A stretch of 64,000 nt of DNA from Candidatus Omnitrophota bacterium. Its GTDB lineage: Bacteria > Omnitrophota > Gorgyraeia > Gygaellales > Profunditerraquicolaceae. The stretch spans positions 410,509-474,508 of the forward strand of contig JALOQK010000002.1 of NCBI GenBank assembly GCA_025453395.1, given 5' to 3'. Position numbers and translations under genes: made by a program. Shown here one piece after another: positions 1 through 9,019 of the stretch. The notes under the pieces were generated by a model. It made no database searches. It was given only the letters and a program-made list of their open reading frames with translations, and was not told the origin of the DNA. Each line of letters begins with the position of its first letter. Position 1 is the first letter of the stretch.

Positions 1-404
1 TAGCCGAATATGCCGGCACCCTTTTTAAGGCGGCTGAAACTTCTTAAACAATCCCCCAGCTTATCCCCATAAAAAACATTATCCCCTAAAATAAGGCACA
101 CACTGTCTTTGCCGATAAAATCCTCACCCATGATCAAGGAATGCGCTACGCCCCGGGGCTTATCCTGGACAGCGTAAGAAATATTGATCCCTAATTTGCT
201 TCCATCGCCAAGAAGATCACGAAACCTTGGAACATCTTCACGGGTAGAGATAAGAAGAATATCGCGTACCCCAGCAAGCATTAATACCGATAAAGGATAA
301 TAAACCATAGGCTTATCATAAACCGGTAAAAGCTGTTTACATACCGCGCGGGTAACCGGGTATAACCGCGTTGCCTTTCCGCCTGCCAAAATAATCCCTT
401 TCAT
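1..404 (-). CDS. rfbA: glucose-1-phosphate thymidylyltransferase (runs off window start)
   Basis: Hand translation [45 protein letters not shown]...[10 protein letters not shown]; AAGGAG SD upstream; not in ORF track. Confidence 0.93.
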   Translation of the reverse strand, partial: MKGIILAGGKATRLYPVTRAVCKQLLPVYDKPMVYYPLSVLMLAGVRDILLISTREDVPRFRDLLGDGSKLGINISYAVQDKPRGVAHSLIMGEDFIGKDSVCLILGDNVFYGDKLGDCLRSFSRLKKGAGIFG

Positions 405-415
405 AAAATTCTCCT

Positions 416-586
416 TTATAATCTAAAATTATTACCCTTAATTTTACGGAATGGACGATTTTTTGTCATAGTTGATTTTCTTAAATATGCCATAAATTCT
501 AAATATACCTGCACAGGGTCATCAAGAAGATAACTAATGCCTTGTGATACTTTTAGGGCACCATTCCTAATTTTACTTGAACGCAT
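416..586 (-). CDS. small hypothetical protein (56 aa)
   Basis: Open ATG..TAA frame filling the gap, MRSSKIRNG...[13 protein letters not shown]; its stop overlaps the rfbA SD (TAAAGGAG). Confidence 0.45.
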   Translation of the reverse strand: MRSSKIRNGALKVSQGISYLLDDPVQVYLEFMAYLRKSTMTKNRPFRKIKGNNFRL

Positions 587-613
587 TTTTATTAAATTGT
601 TAATATTCCTAAA

Positions 614-1681
614 TTAAATTATCCTTTTTAGCTCGCGCTGGTTTTCGCGTATCCAGGAAAATGTATCTTCAAATATCTGCGCAAGATTTTTAACCGCTCT
701 CCAGCCTAAATCAGCTTCTACGCGGGAATTATCCGTAAGGTATATTTTAATATCTCCCGGGCGGTCTTTTAATATAGAGCCGATATTGACTTTATTCTCT
801 GTGATCCTGGCGCAAGCAGAAGTTAATTCACGCAAAGACACCGAACAGTTTTTACCGCCGCCGGCATTATATATTTTACCATTTACTTTGTTGAAATTAC
901 GCATCTCTAAATCAATAAGGCCAAACAAATCATCCACATGCAAAATATCGCGCACCTGTTTACCCTGACCGCCAAAACCGATATAATTTAAATTACGCTT
1001 AAAATAATGCGCCAGCATCCAAAATGTCACTACGCCCTGATCCGCTTTACCAAACTGTCCCGGCCCAGCAACAACTCCGCAACGGTTAATTACTCCTCTT
1101 ATGCCATACATCTTAATATATTCAGTCAAAATAAGTTCCGAAGAAAGTTTTGTCGCGCCATATAAGGTTTTCGCGCCATCAAGCGGAAAATCAATATCTA
1201 TACCTTGCGAAGAAAACCCTCGCGCCTTTTGTCCTGCCAGCCATTCAAAGCGGCTGTCAGATTCTTTGGCCTTAAGCGCGTTAATTGCCTCATAAGGGTA
1301 AACCCGGCTTGTGGAGAGAAAAATTATATCCGCTTTATCTCTTCGCGCAAGCTCTAAGCAATTAACTGTCCCAACAAGATTGGTATTAATGATATATTTT
1401 GGATTATCCCCAAAACCCGCCAATACCGAAGGCTCGGCAGAACATTCAATTAGAAGTCCGATTTTATCTTTTAAGGCTAAATCCTCCGGACAGCGGATAT
1501 CCCCATGCATAAACTCAACGCCATGCGATTTAAGTATCGGAACATTTATTTCGCTTCCCCGCCTCTTAAAATTATCCAAAGCAATGATCTTTACTTTAGG
1601 ATATTTATCTTTAAGGCGCAAAGCAAGGCTGCTTCCAATAAATCCGGATCCGCCTGTTATTAAAATAGTCGAATAGCGCAT
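614..1681 (-). CDS. NAD-dependent epimerase/dehydratase (CDP-paratose/tyvelose 2-epimerase-like SDR)
   Basis: ITGGSGFIG Rossmann motif, YGATK, GKQVRDILHVDD. Confidence 0.88.
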   Translation of the reverse strand: MRYSTILITGGSGFIGSSLALRLKDKYPKVKIIALDNFKRRGSEINVPILKSHGVEFMHGDIRCPEDLALKDKIGLLIECSAEPSVLAGFGDNPKYIINTNLVGTVNCLELARRDKADIIFLSTSRVYPYEAINALKAKESDSRFEWLAGQKARGFSSQGIDIDFPLDGAKTLYGATKLSSELILTEYIKMYGIRGVINRCGVVAGPGQFGKADQGVVTFWMLAHYFKRNLNYIGFGGQGKQVRDILHVDDLFGLIDLEMRNFNKVNGKIYNAGGGKNCSVSLRELTSACARITENKVNIGSILKDRPGDIKIYLTDNSRVEADLGWRAVKNLAQIFEDTFSWIRENQRELKRII

Positions 1682-2067
1682 TTTCAGCTATCAGCTTTCA
1701 GCTATCAGCTTTCAGCAAAGCTTTAATCTCTTTATGAAACCATAAAGCATTGCCGAAAGCTCATCGCATTGTGAATACTTCATAAGAAGAACGCAAAGCT
1801 ATATTAAGAAATCTTTTAAATTCTAAATCAGAACCTGAACCGCTACCTTCAGCTATATTAAGCGCTATTGACACAGACGCTCTTCTTATTTGAGAAGTCA
1901 AACCATAACATTCTGATTCTGGAAATTTACTGGTTTTTAAATACACCTGTTCAATAAAATCCATTGCCTTAGACCATACTTGTAGCTTTTTAAATTTCTG
2001 TATTTCCATCTTTATTGTTGTCTTTGTTTTAGCTGACAGCTGAAGGCTGATGGCTGATAGCTGAAAA
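1681..2067 (-). mobile_element. heptamer-array-flanked four-helix-bundle element, copy A
   Basis: 5x TCAGCTW at 1685-1719 and inverted 5x RGCTGAN ending at 2067; perfect 15-bp terminal IR TTTTCAGCTATCAGC; near-identical copy at 34103-34490. Mobility is inferred, not shown. Confidence 0.65.
1761..2009 (-). CDS. four-helix-bundle protein (23S rRNA IVP / Avd-like family), truncated 82-aa form
   Basis: FKKLQVWSKAMDF...FPESECYGLTSQIRRASVSIALNIAEG...EFKRFLNIALRS; last helix present only in the +1 frame (1712-1783). Confidence 0.8.
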   Translation of the reverse strand: MEIQKFKKLQVWSKAMDFIEQVYLKTSKFPESECYGLTSQIRRASVSIALNIAEGSGSGSDLEFKRFLNIALRSSYEVFTMR

Positions 2068-2075
2068 CTATTTTT

Positions 2076-3137
2076 TTAATCCAATATTTCTTTCTGCTTA
2101 TCATATATCTGACGAATAGTATCTTCTATATTATACTTATACTCCCACTTAGGATAATGCGATTTAAACTTAGAGACATCGCTTATCCACCAAATATGAT
2201 CCCCAATGCGGTTACGCGGGACATATTCATACTTCATCTTATTACCGGTTGTTTCCTGGCAAATATCAATTGCCTCCAGGACCGAAACATTGGCAAATCT
2301 GCTGCCTCCTATATTATACACTTCCCCCTGCCGCGGGTCTTTAAAAAAATGATAAAAGGCATTGACCAGATCATAAGAATGGATATTATCCCTGACCTGT
2401 TTGCCCTTATAACCAAAAATAGTATAACTTCTTCCGGTAATATTACAGCGCACCAAATAGGATAAAAATCCATGCAATTGGGCTCCGGAATGCGCGGGCC
2501 CGGTCAAACATCCGCCGCGGAAAACAGCCGTGCGCATGCCAAAATACCTGCCATATTCCTGGACCAAAACATCAGCAGATACTTTTGATGCGCCAAACAA
2601 GCTATGCAGACAGTTGTCTATACTCATTGACTCATCTATCCCGTTATAATATTTATGATTCTTAGGCAGCTCATAGCGCGTAGGTAATTCAATTAATTCT
2701 AGGCTATTCGGACGGTCGCCATATACTTTATTGGTAGAAGTAAAAATAAATACCGCCTTTGGGCAAAAAACGCGGGACGCCTCAAGCATAACCAACGTCC
2801 CGTTGGCATTAACCGTGAAATCAACCTCTGGTTCGCGCGCTGCCCAATCATGGGACGGCTGGGCCGCCGCATGCACAACAAGGGCGATACCCTTGGCGTA
2901 TTTCTTAAAGATTTTATCTATCGCTTTTTGATCGCGTATATCCACAGAATAATGCGTATACCCCTTGCAGGACTTTTCCAGCCTCTTTTTATTCCAAAGA
3001 ATGCTCCCGTCAGCGCCAAAGAAATATTTGCGCATATTATTATCAATCCCCACCACATCAAACTTCAACTTAGAAAAAAACTCTACCGCCTCTGAGCCAA
3101 TCAAACCGCATGAACCCGTAATAACCACTACCGCCAC
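2076..3137 (-). CDS. NAD-dependent epimerase/dehydratase (CDP-tyvelose epimerase-like)
   Basis: [37 protein letters not shown]. Confidence 0.88.
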   Translation of the reverse strand: MAVVVITGSCGLIGSEAVEFFSKLKFDVVGIDNNMRKYFFGADGSILWNKKRLEKSCKGYTHYSVDIRDQKAIDKIFKKYAKGIALVVHAAAQPSHDWAAREPEVDFTVNANGTLVMLEASRVFCPKAVFIFTSTNKVYGDRPNSLELIELPTRYELPKNHKYYNGIDESMSIDNCLHSLFGASKVSADVLVQEYGRYFGMRTAVFRGGCLTGPAHSGAQLHGFLSYLVRCNITGRSYTIFGYKGKQVRDNIHSYDLVNAFYHFFKDPRQGEVYNIGGSRFANVSVLEAIDICQETTGNKMKYEYVPRNRIGDHIWWISDVSKFKSHYPKWEYKYNIEDTIRQIYDKQKEILD

Positions 3138-3148
3138 TTTTTCCTCCT

Positions 3149-3409
3149 CTATTGCTTTATCCTGTATTTAAAATACAACGCGATTATAATAAAGATCGAC
3201 ACCAAAGTAAAACCATTGGCGCAAATAATTATAGCATTTTTAAGATGCAGCCCATACAGCAACCACAAAAAAACCCCGGCCATAAATTCCAAAAGCGTGA
3301 TAAGGCTTAAGTCGCGGCTTGATTGAGTGCGCACTACTTTTACAATCTGCGGCAAAAAAGCCGCGCTTGTCAAAACCGCCGCGGAAATGCCTACAATATC
3401 CCAAAACAT
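3149..3409 (-). CDS. SemiSWEET / PQ-loop transporter
   Basis: 86 aa, 3 TM, FLPQIVK...SRDLS...WLLYG...IICAN. Confidence 0.85.
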   Translation of the reverse strand: MFWDIVGISAAVLTSAAFLPQIVKVVRTQSSRDLSLITLLEFMAGVFLWLLYGLHLKNAIIICANGFTLVSIFIIIALYFKYRIKQ

Positions 3410-3410
3410 T

Positions 3411-4874
3411 TTACCTCCTGAAATCGAATAAGTGGCCGAATATTTTTCGAGCTGCCCTTAAATAATACCTGAAATCATCAAAATCCTTTACCGAAGAAAG
3501 CTTACGCAATAAGAACTCGGAATCAAAAGATATATTATACATCCCCCTGACCAATTGCGCTATTTTCTTATCTGGAATATTGGTTTTCATCACAGGATGC
3601 TTCATATCATAATCATTCCAATCCAGGGTATGCAAAAGCTTTTCTTCACAGCAACAGCGGAAAAGCTCTGTGCCCGGATATGGAATAACTATCGTGGCCT
3701 GCATAGTATGGGCGTAGCCCTTCTTTAACAGATACTTGCCCAAGTCTAAAGTTTTTTGCGCGTCCTGGTAACTTTCCCAGGGATAGCCAAACATTATAGT
3801 AATATGCGGGAAAAGGCCTGCGCGGGTTGCGCTCTTGCAATCTTCTATAACCTGCTCTAGCTTGACCTTTTTCTTAAGCCTGTCCAAGGTATTCTGATTA
3901 GCGGATTCCAAGCCAAATAAAAGCAGGCGAAACCCAGCGTCTTTCATCATAACAAAATCATTATAAGAAAGCGCGCCAAAACGCATATTACAATCTAAAT
4001 AAATCTTGCGGCTTTGGTATTGCCTGTTTATTGCAAGGCGGCAAAAATCATCCAACCAATCTCCTGCAGGGAAACATCCGGTATCATCCATTATCTCGCG
4101 GATACGATATTTTTCCACCAACTGGTCAATTTCTTCTATAACGTTATCTGCGCTTCTGGCGCGAAAGGTTGGATACAAAGTAGGCCACGAACAAAAGGTG
4201 CATTCATGATGCCAGCAATCCCTTCCGGACATAATGTAAGTGCCGGGAACAGCTTTAAAATTTCCGTTTTTATAAGCATAAAGCTTGTAATCCGTCAAAT
4301 CCCTGTCTATAAAAGGCAAACTGTTCAGGTCGTGGTCCAATTCAAACTTGCCGCTATTTAAAATACTGCCGTTCTCGCGATAGTATATCCCCGGTTGAAG
4401 AGATGTTTTATCAAGATTCTTGAGGCAATCACATAGGTTAAGAAGCAGAAAATCATAATCGCCGCCAGTCAAAACAAAATCTACCCCTGAGTTCTCAAAA
4501 GATTCTTCCGGAAGCGCTGTCACATGATCTCCGCATAATACAAGCTTAGGCGCAGTTTTTCTCCACGGAAAAGCCTTGATCTGATTTATAATTTCCCAAT
4601 GCTGCCTGATAACAGGGGTTTTAGTCTCAAAAAGAATCAAATCCGGCTGAACAGCCTCTAAGAAAGTAAAATAAGAACCTGTATCCAAGCCGCAGGCAAT
4701 GCTGTCATTCCAGATAACCTGGTGCCCTGCTCTATGCAACAAAGTTGCCGCTTGCGCGGGAACTACCGGATAAATAAAAGTCGGCTCTTTAAAATACTGG
4801 AACTGGCGGTTTTGCCCCAATGTGGGAAAACCGCATTTGTTCTGTAACGGCGGATAGGAAATAATTATCTTCAT
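3411..4874 (-). CDS. B12-binding domain radical SAM protein
   Basis: N-terminal cobalamin-binding-like region, CWHHECTFC, GLESANQ, IPYPGTEL. Confidence 0.85.
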   Translation of the reverse strand: MKIIISYPPLQNKCGFPTLGQNRQFQYFKEPTFIYPVVPAQAATLLHRAGHQVIWNDSIACGLDTGSYFTFLEAVQPDLILFETKTPVIRQHWEIINQIKAFPWRKTAPKLVLCGDHVTALPEESFENSGVDFVLTGGDYDFLLLNLCDCLKNLDKTSLQPGIYYRENGSILNSGKFELDHDLNSLPFIDRDLTDYKLYAYKNGNFKAVPGTYIMSGRDCWHHECTFCSWPTLYPTFRARSADNVIEEIDQLVEKYRIREIMDDTGCFPAGDWLDDFCRLAINRQYQSRKIYLDCNMRFGALSYNDFVMMKDAGFRLLLFGLESANQNTLDRLKKKVKLEQVIEDCKSATRAGLFPHITIMFGYPWESYQDAQKTLDLGKYLLKKGYAHTMQATIVIPYPGTELFRCCCEEKLLHTLDWNDYDMKHPVMKTNIPDKKIAQLVRGMYNISFDSEFLLRKLSSVKDFDDFRYYLRAARKIFGHLFDFRR

Positions 4875-5839
4875 TTTGCTTCTCTTAAACTAGATGAAAA
4901 AAGCCCTTTTATGAAATATATGCCGTAACAAATATGGGTAGATATTATGCCTAAGAAAACCATAAGTATTAAATTTAACCTTCTCGAAGCTAAAATACTA
5001 AACACTGCGACAATGTGTAAATAGACTAATACCGGGATAAGATAAATGAATAAAAACTGATGGGAAAAAAGTGAAACCGCTGAGCCAAAAATAAGAAAAA
5101 CAACAAAAAGGCTTGGGATAAAATAGGCAAGCCTTAAGGAATTTCCCGGGTAACGCTTGACAAAATAACCTCTGTGCGTTGCATAACTTAATATCTGATG
5201 CAGATGCGCGGTAAAAAGCGGCCTTCTATGGTGATAGACTAATGCCCCAGGATCATATAATATCTTCTTGCCTAATCTTTGAGTGATATCCAGGCAAAGC
5301 TTTGTATCCTCTCCCGGCCAGAAATCCGTGTCAAAACCGCCTAATTCCTCCATGATTTCTTTTCTAACCAGGAAATTACAACTTGGATAATCATCAACAA
5401 AGAATTTTTTCTTAACTGGAATATAGCGGTAAACATATTTTCCGCTTACTGCAAGCGAAGAATACACCAGGCCGCTTGCTTTTTTAGGATAAGAATCTGA
5501 ATCAGGAGTAACTGCCGGCCCCCCTACCGCGGCAACATTCGGATCACTAAAATCAAGAACAGCGTTTTTAAGCCAATCTTTTGCCGGATACGCGTCATCG
5601 TCAAGAAAAGCCAATATCTCGCCCTTAGCGTGTTTTAATCCAATATCTCTTTTCTTCGCCGGGTTGGTATTTCCGGTGGGGATGATCTTGACGTTAACCA
5701 TAACAAAAGGCAAAACAAAGCTTTCGTCAGGCAGGATAATGATTTCATAATCCTTGAAATCCAATTGCCCGCACTTAACGACGCATTCTTCTAAATTCTT
5801 TTGCCAGGTTTTTACGGCGATAATAATGGATACGGTCAT
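4871..5839 (-). CDS. glycosyltransferase family 2 with C-terminal TM helices
   Basis: GEILAFLDDDA, GGFD...GEDTKLC, HHRR. Confidence 0.88.
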   Translation of the reverse strand: MTVSIIIAVKTWQKNLEECVVKCGQLDFKDYEIIILPDESFVLPFVMVNVKIIPTGNTNPAKKRDIGLKHAKGEILAFLDDDAYPAKDWLKNAVLDFSDPNVAAVGGPAVTPDSDSYPKKASGLVYSSLAVSGKYVYRYIPVKKKFFVDDYPSCNFLVRKEIMEELGGFDTDFWPGEDTKLCLDITQRLGKKILYDPGALVYHHRRPLFTAHLHQILSYATHRGYFVKRYPGNSLRLAYFIPSLFVVFLIFGSAVSLFSHQFLFIYLIPVLVYLHIVAVFSILASRRLNLILMVFLGIISTHICYGIYFIKGLFSSSLREAK

Positions 5840-6569
5840 AGTATTTAAGAATTTTCATCCTGTAGAAAACCGCTAAGGTGTCCCACAGGGTTACCCAAAT
5901 TGATTCGGGATTAACTACCCCAAACTTTATCTGCGGGCTTACCACTATCGGAGCATCAGCGATCTTATAGCCTAAATGATGGATATTAACCAGTAATTCA
6001 ATATCAAAAGCAAATTTCTTGACTAGTAATCTGGGGAAAACGCGGCGCAAGACTTCTGTCTTGAAAAGTTTCAGGCCCGTCTGGGTATCGCGGCAAGGAA
6101 GGCCAAAAAGCATTTTCACCAAAGAATAATAAACACTGCTGACAAGCTTCCTATGCCAGGGATAATCCACTTTGGAATTAGGATGCATCTTTGAGCCAAT
6201 TACCACATCTGCGTTATCAAGGCGCATAATATCAAATAAGGTGTTTATCTGCGCCGGATGCAAATCCAGGTCAGCATCCAGGAAAACTGTGTAATCGCCC
6301 TTGACAAGACGGATCGCCTGCCTCAACGCCCTTCCTTTTCCGATATTACGGGGATTTTTCCTTACAATCACCTTGCCCGGATATTTAGGCGCGGCAAGGC
6401 TTGCCTGTTCAAAGGTATTATCAACAGAGCCGTCATCAACAACAATTAACTCCCAAGGGCATCCGGTATCCTGCATAGTGCGGCAAGTTTCTTCAATGCT
6501 TAAGGCAATGCGGCTGGCCTCATTAAAAGCCGGCATAATTACGGAAATTTTTTCTTTTATATCCTTCAT
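5775..6569 (-). CDS. glycosyltransferase family 2 (polyprenol-P glycosyltransferase/DPM1-like)
   Basis: ISVIMPAFNE, VVDDGSVDNT, NIGKGRA, FLDADL, DTQTGLKLF, FDIELL. Confidence 0.88.
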   Translation of the reverse strand: MKDIKEKISVIMPAFNEASRIALSIEETCRTMQDTGCPWELIVVDDGSVDNTFEQASLAAPKYPGKVIVRKNPRNIGKGRALRQAIRLVKGDYTVFLDADLDLHPAQINTLFDIMRLDNADVVIGSKMHPNSKVDYPWHRKLVSSVYYSLVKMLFGLPCRDTQTGLKLFKTEVLRRVFPRLLVKKFAFDIELLVNIHHLGYKIADAPIVVSPQIKFGVVNPESIWVTLWDTLAVFYRMKILKYYDRIHYYRRKNLAKEFRRMRR

Positions 6570-7816
6570 CTGGGAATGCCTTTTTTAAAGCCTAAGAACA
6601 TGAAGATCAAGAAAAGCGCAAAAGAATTAACGCACATGATAAGCTGGACCTGAAAAAGAGCTGTATGGAATAAAGATATAAGCGCCAGTTGCAAAACAGC
6701 TGCTAAGAAGAAATACTTCAAGAAACGAAAATCGCTTATGGAAAGAAAATAATAAAATAATATTGAGCATAAGGTAAAGAAACTCATAGAAACGCTGAAC
6801 ATCCTGCCCAAAAATACCGCTTCCGGCATAGCCTTTCCGGTTAGGACTTTCAAAGTAAATACCGGGAATAGATTATAGAAAATGGCGGCGCATAAGACTA
6901 AAAATCCGGCATAAAGCAGGCCCCTTCTTAGAAAATGATGGGTTTGCATATTTTTGGAACTTAAGCTGCTTGTTTTAGGGAATATTACCGTTGCCACAGC
7001 CGCGGGAAGAAATAAAAAGATCTTACCCACCATCTGGTAGACCGCGTATATTCCGGACTCTTGCGCGGAAAAGAAATATTTTACAAGTATCATATCCGCG
7101 TTAATAAGCATCATATACACAAAAGAAGCCGCCATAACCGGAAAAATAAAGGTTATTTTCCTGTTAAAATCCACATCCTGCCGGACATAGGGGGCGAAAA
7201 TAATATTTCGCAATGGAATAACAGATAAAATAACAATTGCCGCGCTTGAAATCAAAAAAGCCATAAAAGCCCCCGGAATGCCCAGGCCTATTTTAATAAG
7301 AAAAACCGCGCAGGCAAGTTTTAAAATATGGCTTGCCGCTAATATAAAACTTAGCCATTTAAAAGCCTCGATCCCCTGCACTCCCCCAGAAACAACCGGG
7401 ACCACCCAAGACAAAGCAAATAATATCGCCAAAAGATAAGCAGAATAAGGTGAATCTATTTTTAATTTATCCAGCATAAAAACTGAAAAAACGTAAAATA
7501 ATACAAGACTTATTATGCCCATCCAGGTAGTCCGCCTGATAAATTCCTGAAGGAAATACCTTAATTTAGCAAGATCATTGCCAGAACGATAACTAGCGCA
7601 GAATTTAGCTGATACAACTTGGAGATTGGCTAAGGGGGCGGAAAGTATCATCACAAAAGAAAGAAGGGCGTTAAAAGAAGCAAAATCAATAGGGGTGAAT
7701 GAATGGGCTATAAATAGCTGGAAGAGCAAATTGCAGATATTGACCAAAGTAGCGCCAAAGAAAACAACAAGGATGTTTTTTAGGAAGTCATCACTTTGGT
7801 TTATTTTAGCTGTCAT
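6566..7816 (-). CDS. oligosaccharide flippase (Wzx/MOP family)
   Basis: About 12 TM segments, NADMILVKYFF...GIY, glycan cluster context. Confidence 0.8.
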   Translation of the reverse strand: MTAKINQSDDFLKNILVVFFGATLVNICNLLFQLFIAHSFTPIDFASFNALLSFVMILSAPLANLQVVSAKFCASYRSGNDLAKLRYFLQEFIRRTTWMGIISLVLFYVFSVFMLDKLKIDSPYSAYLLAILFALSWVVPVVSGGVQGIEAFKWLSFILAASHILKLACAVFLIKIGLGIPGAFMAFLISSAAIVILSVIPLRNIIFAPYVRQDVDFNRKITFIFPVMAASFVYMMLINADMILVKYFFSAQESGIYAVYQMVGKIFLFLPAAVATVIFPKTSSLSSKNMQTHHFLRRGLLYAGFLVLCAAIFYNLFPVFTLKVLTGKAMPEAVFLGRMFSVSMSFFTLCSILFYYFLSISDFRFLKYFFLAAVLQLALISLFHTALFQVQLIMCVNSFALFLIFMFLGFKKGIPR

Positions 7817-8991
7817 TAAGGCTTAATTTTAAGTTGCAGAAATTTGCGCTTGCCGGCTTTTAATACGCCAGCTTGCTTGATTAAAACATCATCTTTCTGG
7901 ATCTTTGTTTCGTTTAATGAAACTGCTCCTTGCTCGATAAGCCGGCGCGCTTCGTTGCGGCTTGACGCAAGGTTATTTTTCATTAAAATCTCTATAATAT
8001 TCTCCCCTTCAGGCAAGATAATATACACTGACAAGTCATCGGGTGTTTCCTTATTGGAAAACACACGCTGAAATTGCTCTTTTGAAGACAAAGCTGTATC
8101 CTTGCCATGATAATCCGCAACAATAGTTTGAGCAAGCACTAGCTTTGCCTCTTTGGGATGCATCTTTTTTACTTCTGCTAAATCAATATCAGTTAGAAGC
8201 GTGTAATACTTGAGCATCAATTCATCGGAAATAGACATTATTTTACCAAACATATCAAAAGGCTTTTCGCTTATGCCGATATAGTTTCCGTAAGACTTGC
8301 TCATCTTTTGCACGCCGTCGGTGCCCTCTAACAACGGCATAGTAATAACTACCTGCTGGGGCATGGAAAAATCATTCTGCATATCACGGCCCACCAAAAG
8401 ATTAAAGATCTGGTCTGTGCCGCCTAATTCCACATCCGCCTCTAACTTCACTGAATCATAACCTTGCAGAAGAGGATACATAAATTCCAATAAGCTTATA
8501 TCCTCTTTCTTGTCCATACGTTTCTTAAAATCAGCTCTGGCCAGCATTTGTGATACCGTAGCATGAGTAGTCAGGTTTAGAATATCCACAACCGGCATTT
8601 TTTCGAACCAGTGGCTGTTAAAAACAATCTTTGCCTTATCCATATCCAGGATCTTAGACACCTGCTTTTTGTAAGTGGCGGCATTAGCCAAAACCTCATC
8701 GCTTGTTAATTGCTTACGTACAGCGGATCTTCCGGTGGGGTCTCCGATACGCGCGGTAAAATCTCCGATCAGAAAATACACAACATGGCCTAAATCCTGA
8801 AATTGACGCAATTTCCTCAATAATACCGTATGGCCAATATGTATATCCGGGGCGGTAGGGTCAAAACCCGCCTTTATATTAAGCGGCTTCTTGTTCTTGA
8901 TGCTCTGCTCTATTTTCTTTACCAATTGCTCTTCGGAAATAATATTGACCGCCCCGCGTTTTATTACTTCCATCTGTTTTTTAACGTCCAT
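7816..8991 (-). CDS. tyrS: tyrosine--tRNA ligase
   Basis: GFDPTAPDIHIGH, KMSKS, C-terminal S4 domain; start moved to MDVKKQ. Confidence 0.95.
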   Translation of the reverse strand: MDVKKQMEVIKRGAVNIISEEQLVKKIEQSIKNKKPLNIKAGFDPTAPDIHIGHTVLLRKLRQFQDLGHVVYFLIGDFTARIGDPTGRSAVRKQLTSDEVLANAATYKKQVSKILDMDKAKIVFNSHWFEKMPVVDILNLTTHATVSQMLARADFKKRMDKKEDISLLEFMYPLLQGYDSVKLEADVELGGTDQIFNLLVGRDMQNDFSMPQQVVITMPLLEGTDGVQKMSKSYGNYIGISEKPFDMFGKIMSISDELMLKYYTLLTDIDLAEVKKMHPKEAKLVLAQTIVADYHGKDTALSSKEQFQRVFSNKETPDDLSVYIILPEGENIIEILMKNNLASSRNEARRLIEQGAVSLNETKIQKDDVLIKQAGVLKAGKRKFLQLKIKP

Positions 8992-9019
8992 ATCGGATCC
9001 CCCCGTAACAAACCTCTTT

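Noticed and set aside
1681-2067. Diversity-generating retroelement (Avd-like gene plus near-duplicate sequence)
   Set aside because: No reverse transcriptase in the window; copy differences are mostly synonymous and involve non-adenine positions
1681-2067. Classical IS element
   Set aside because: No DDE, HUH or recombinase gene and no clear direct target-site duplication
5775-5839. 65-bp overlap of two GT2 genes as a programmed frameshift or fusion
   Set aside because: Both ORFs are complete with normal starts; a simple C-terminal extension explains the overlap
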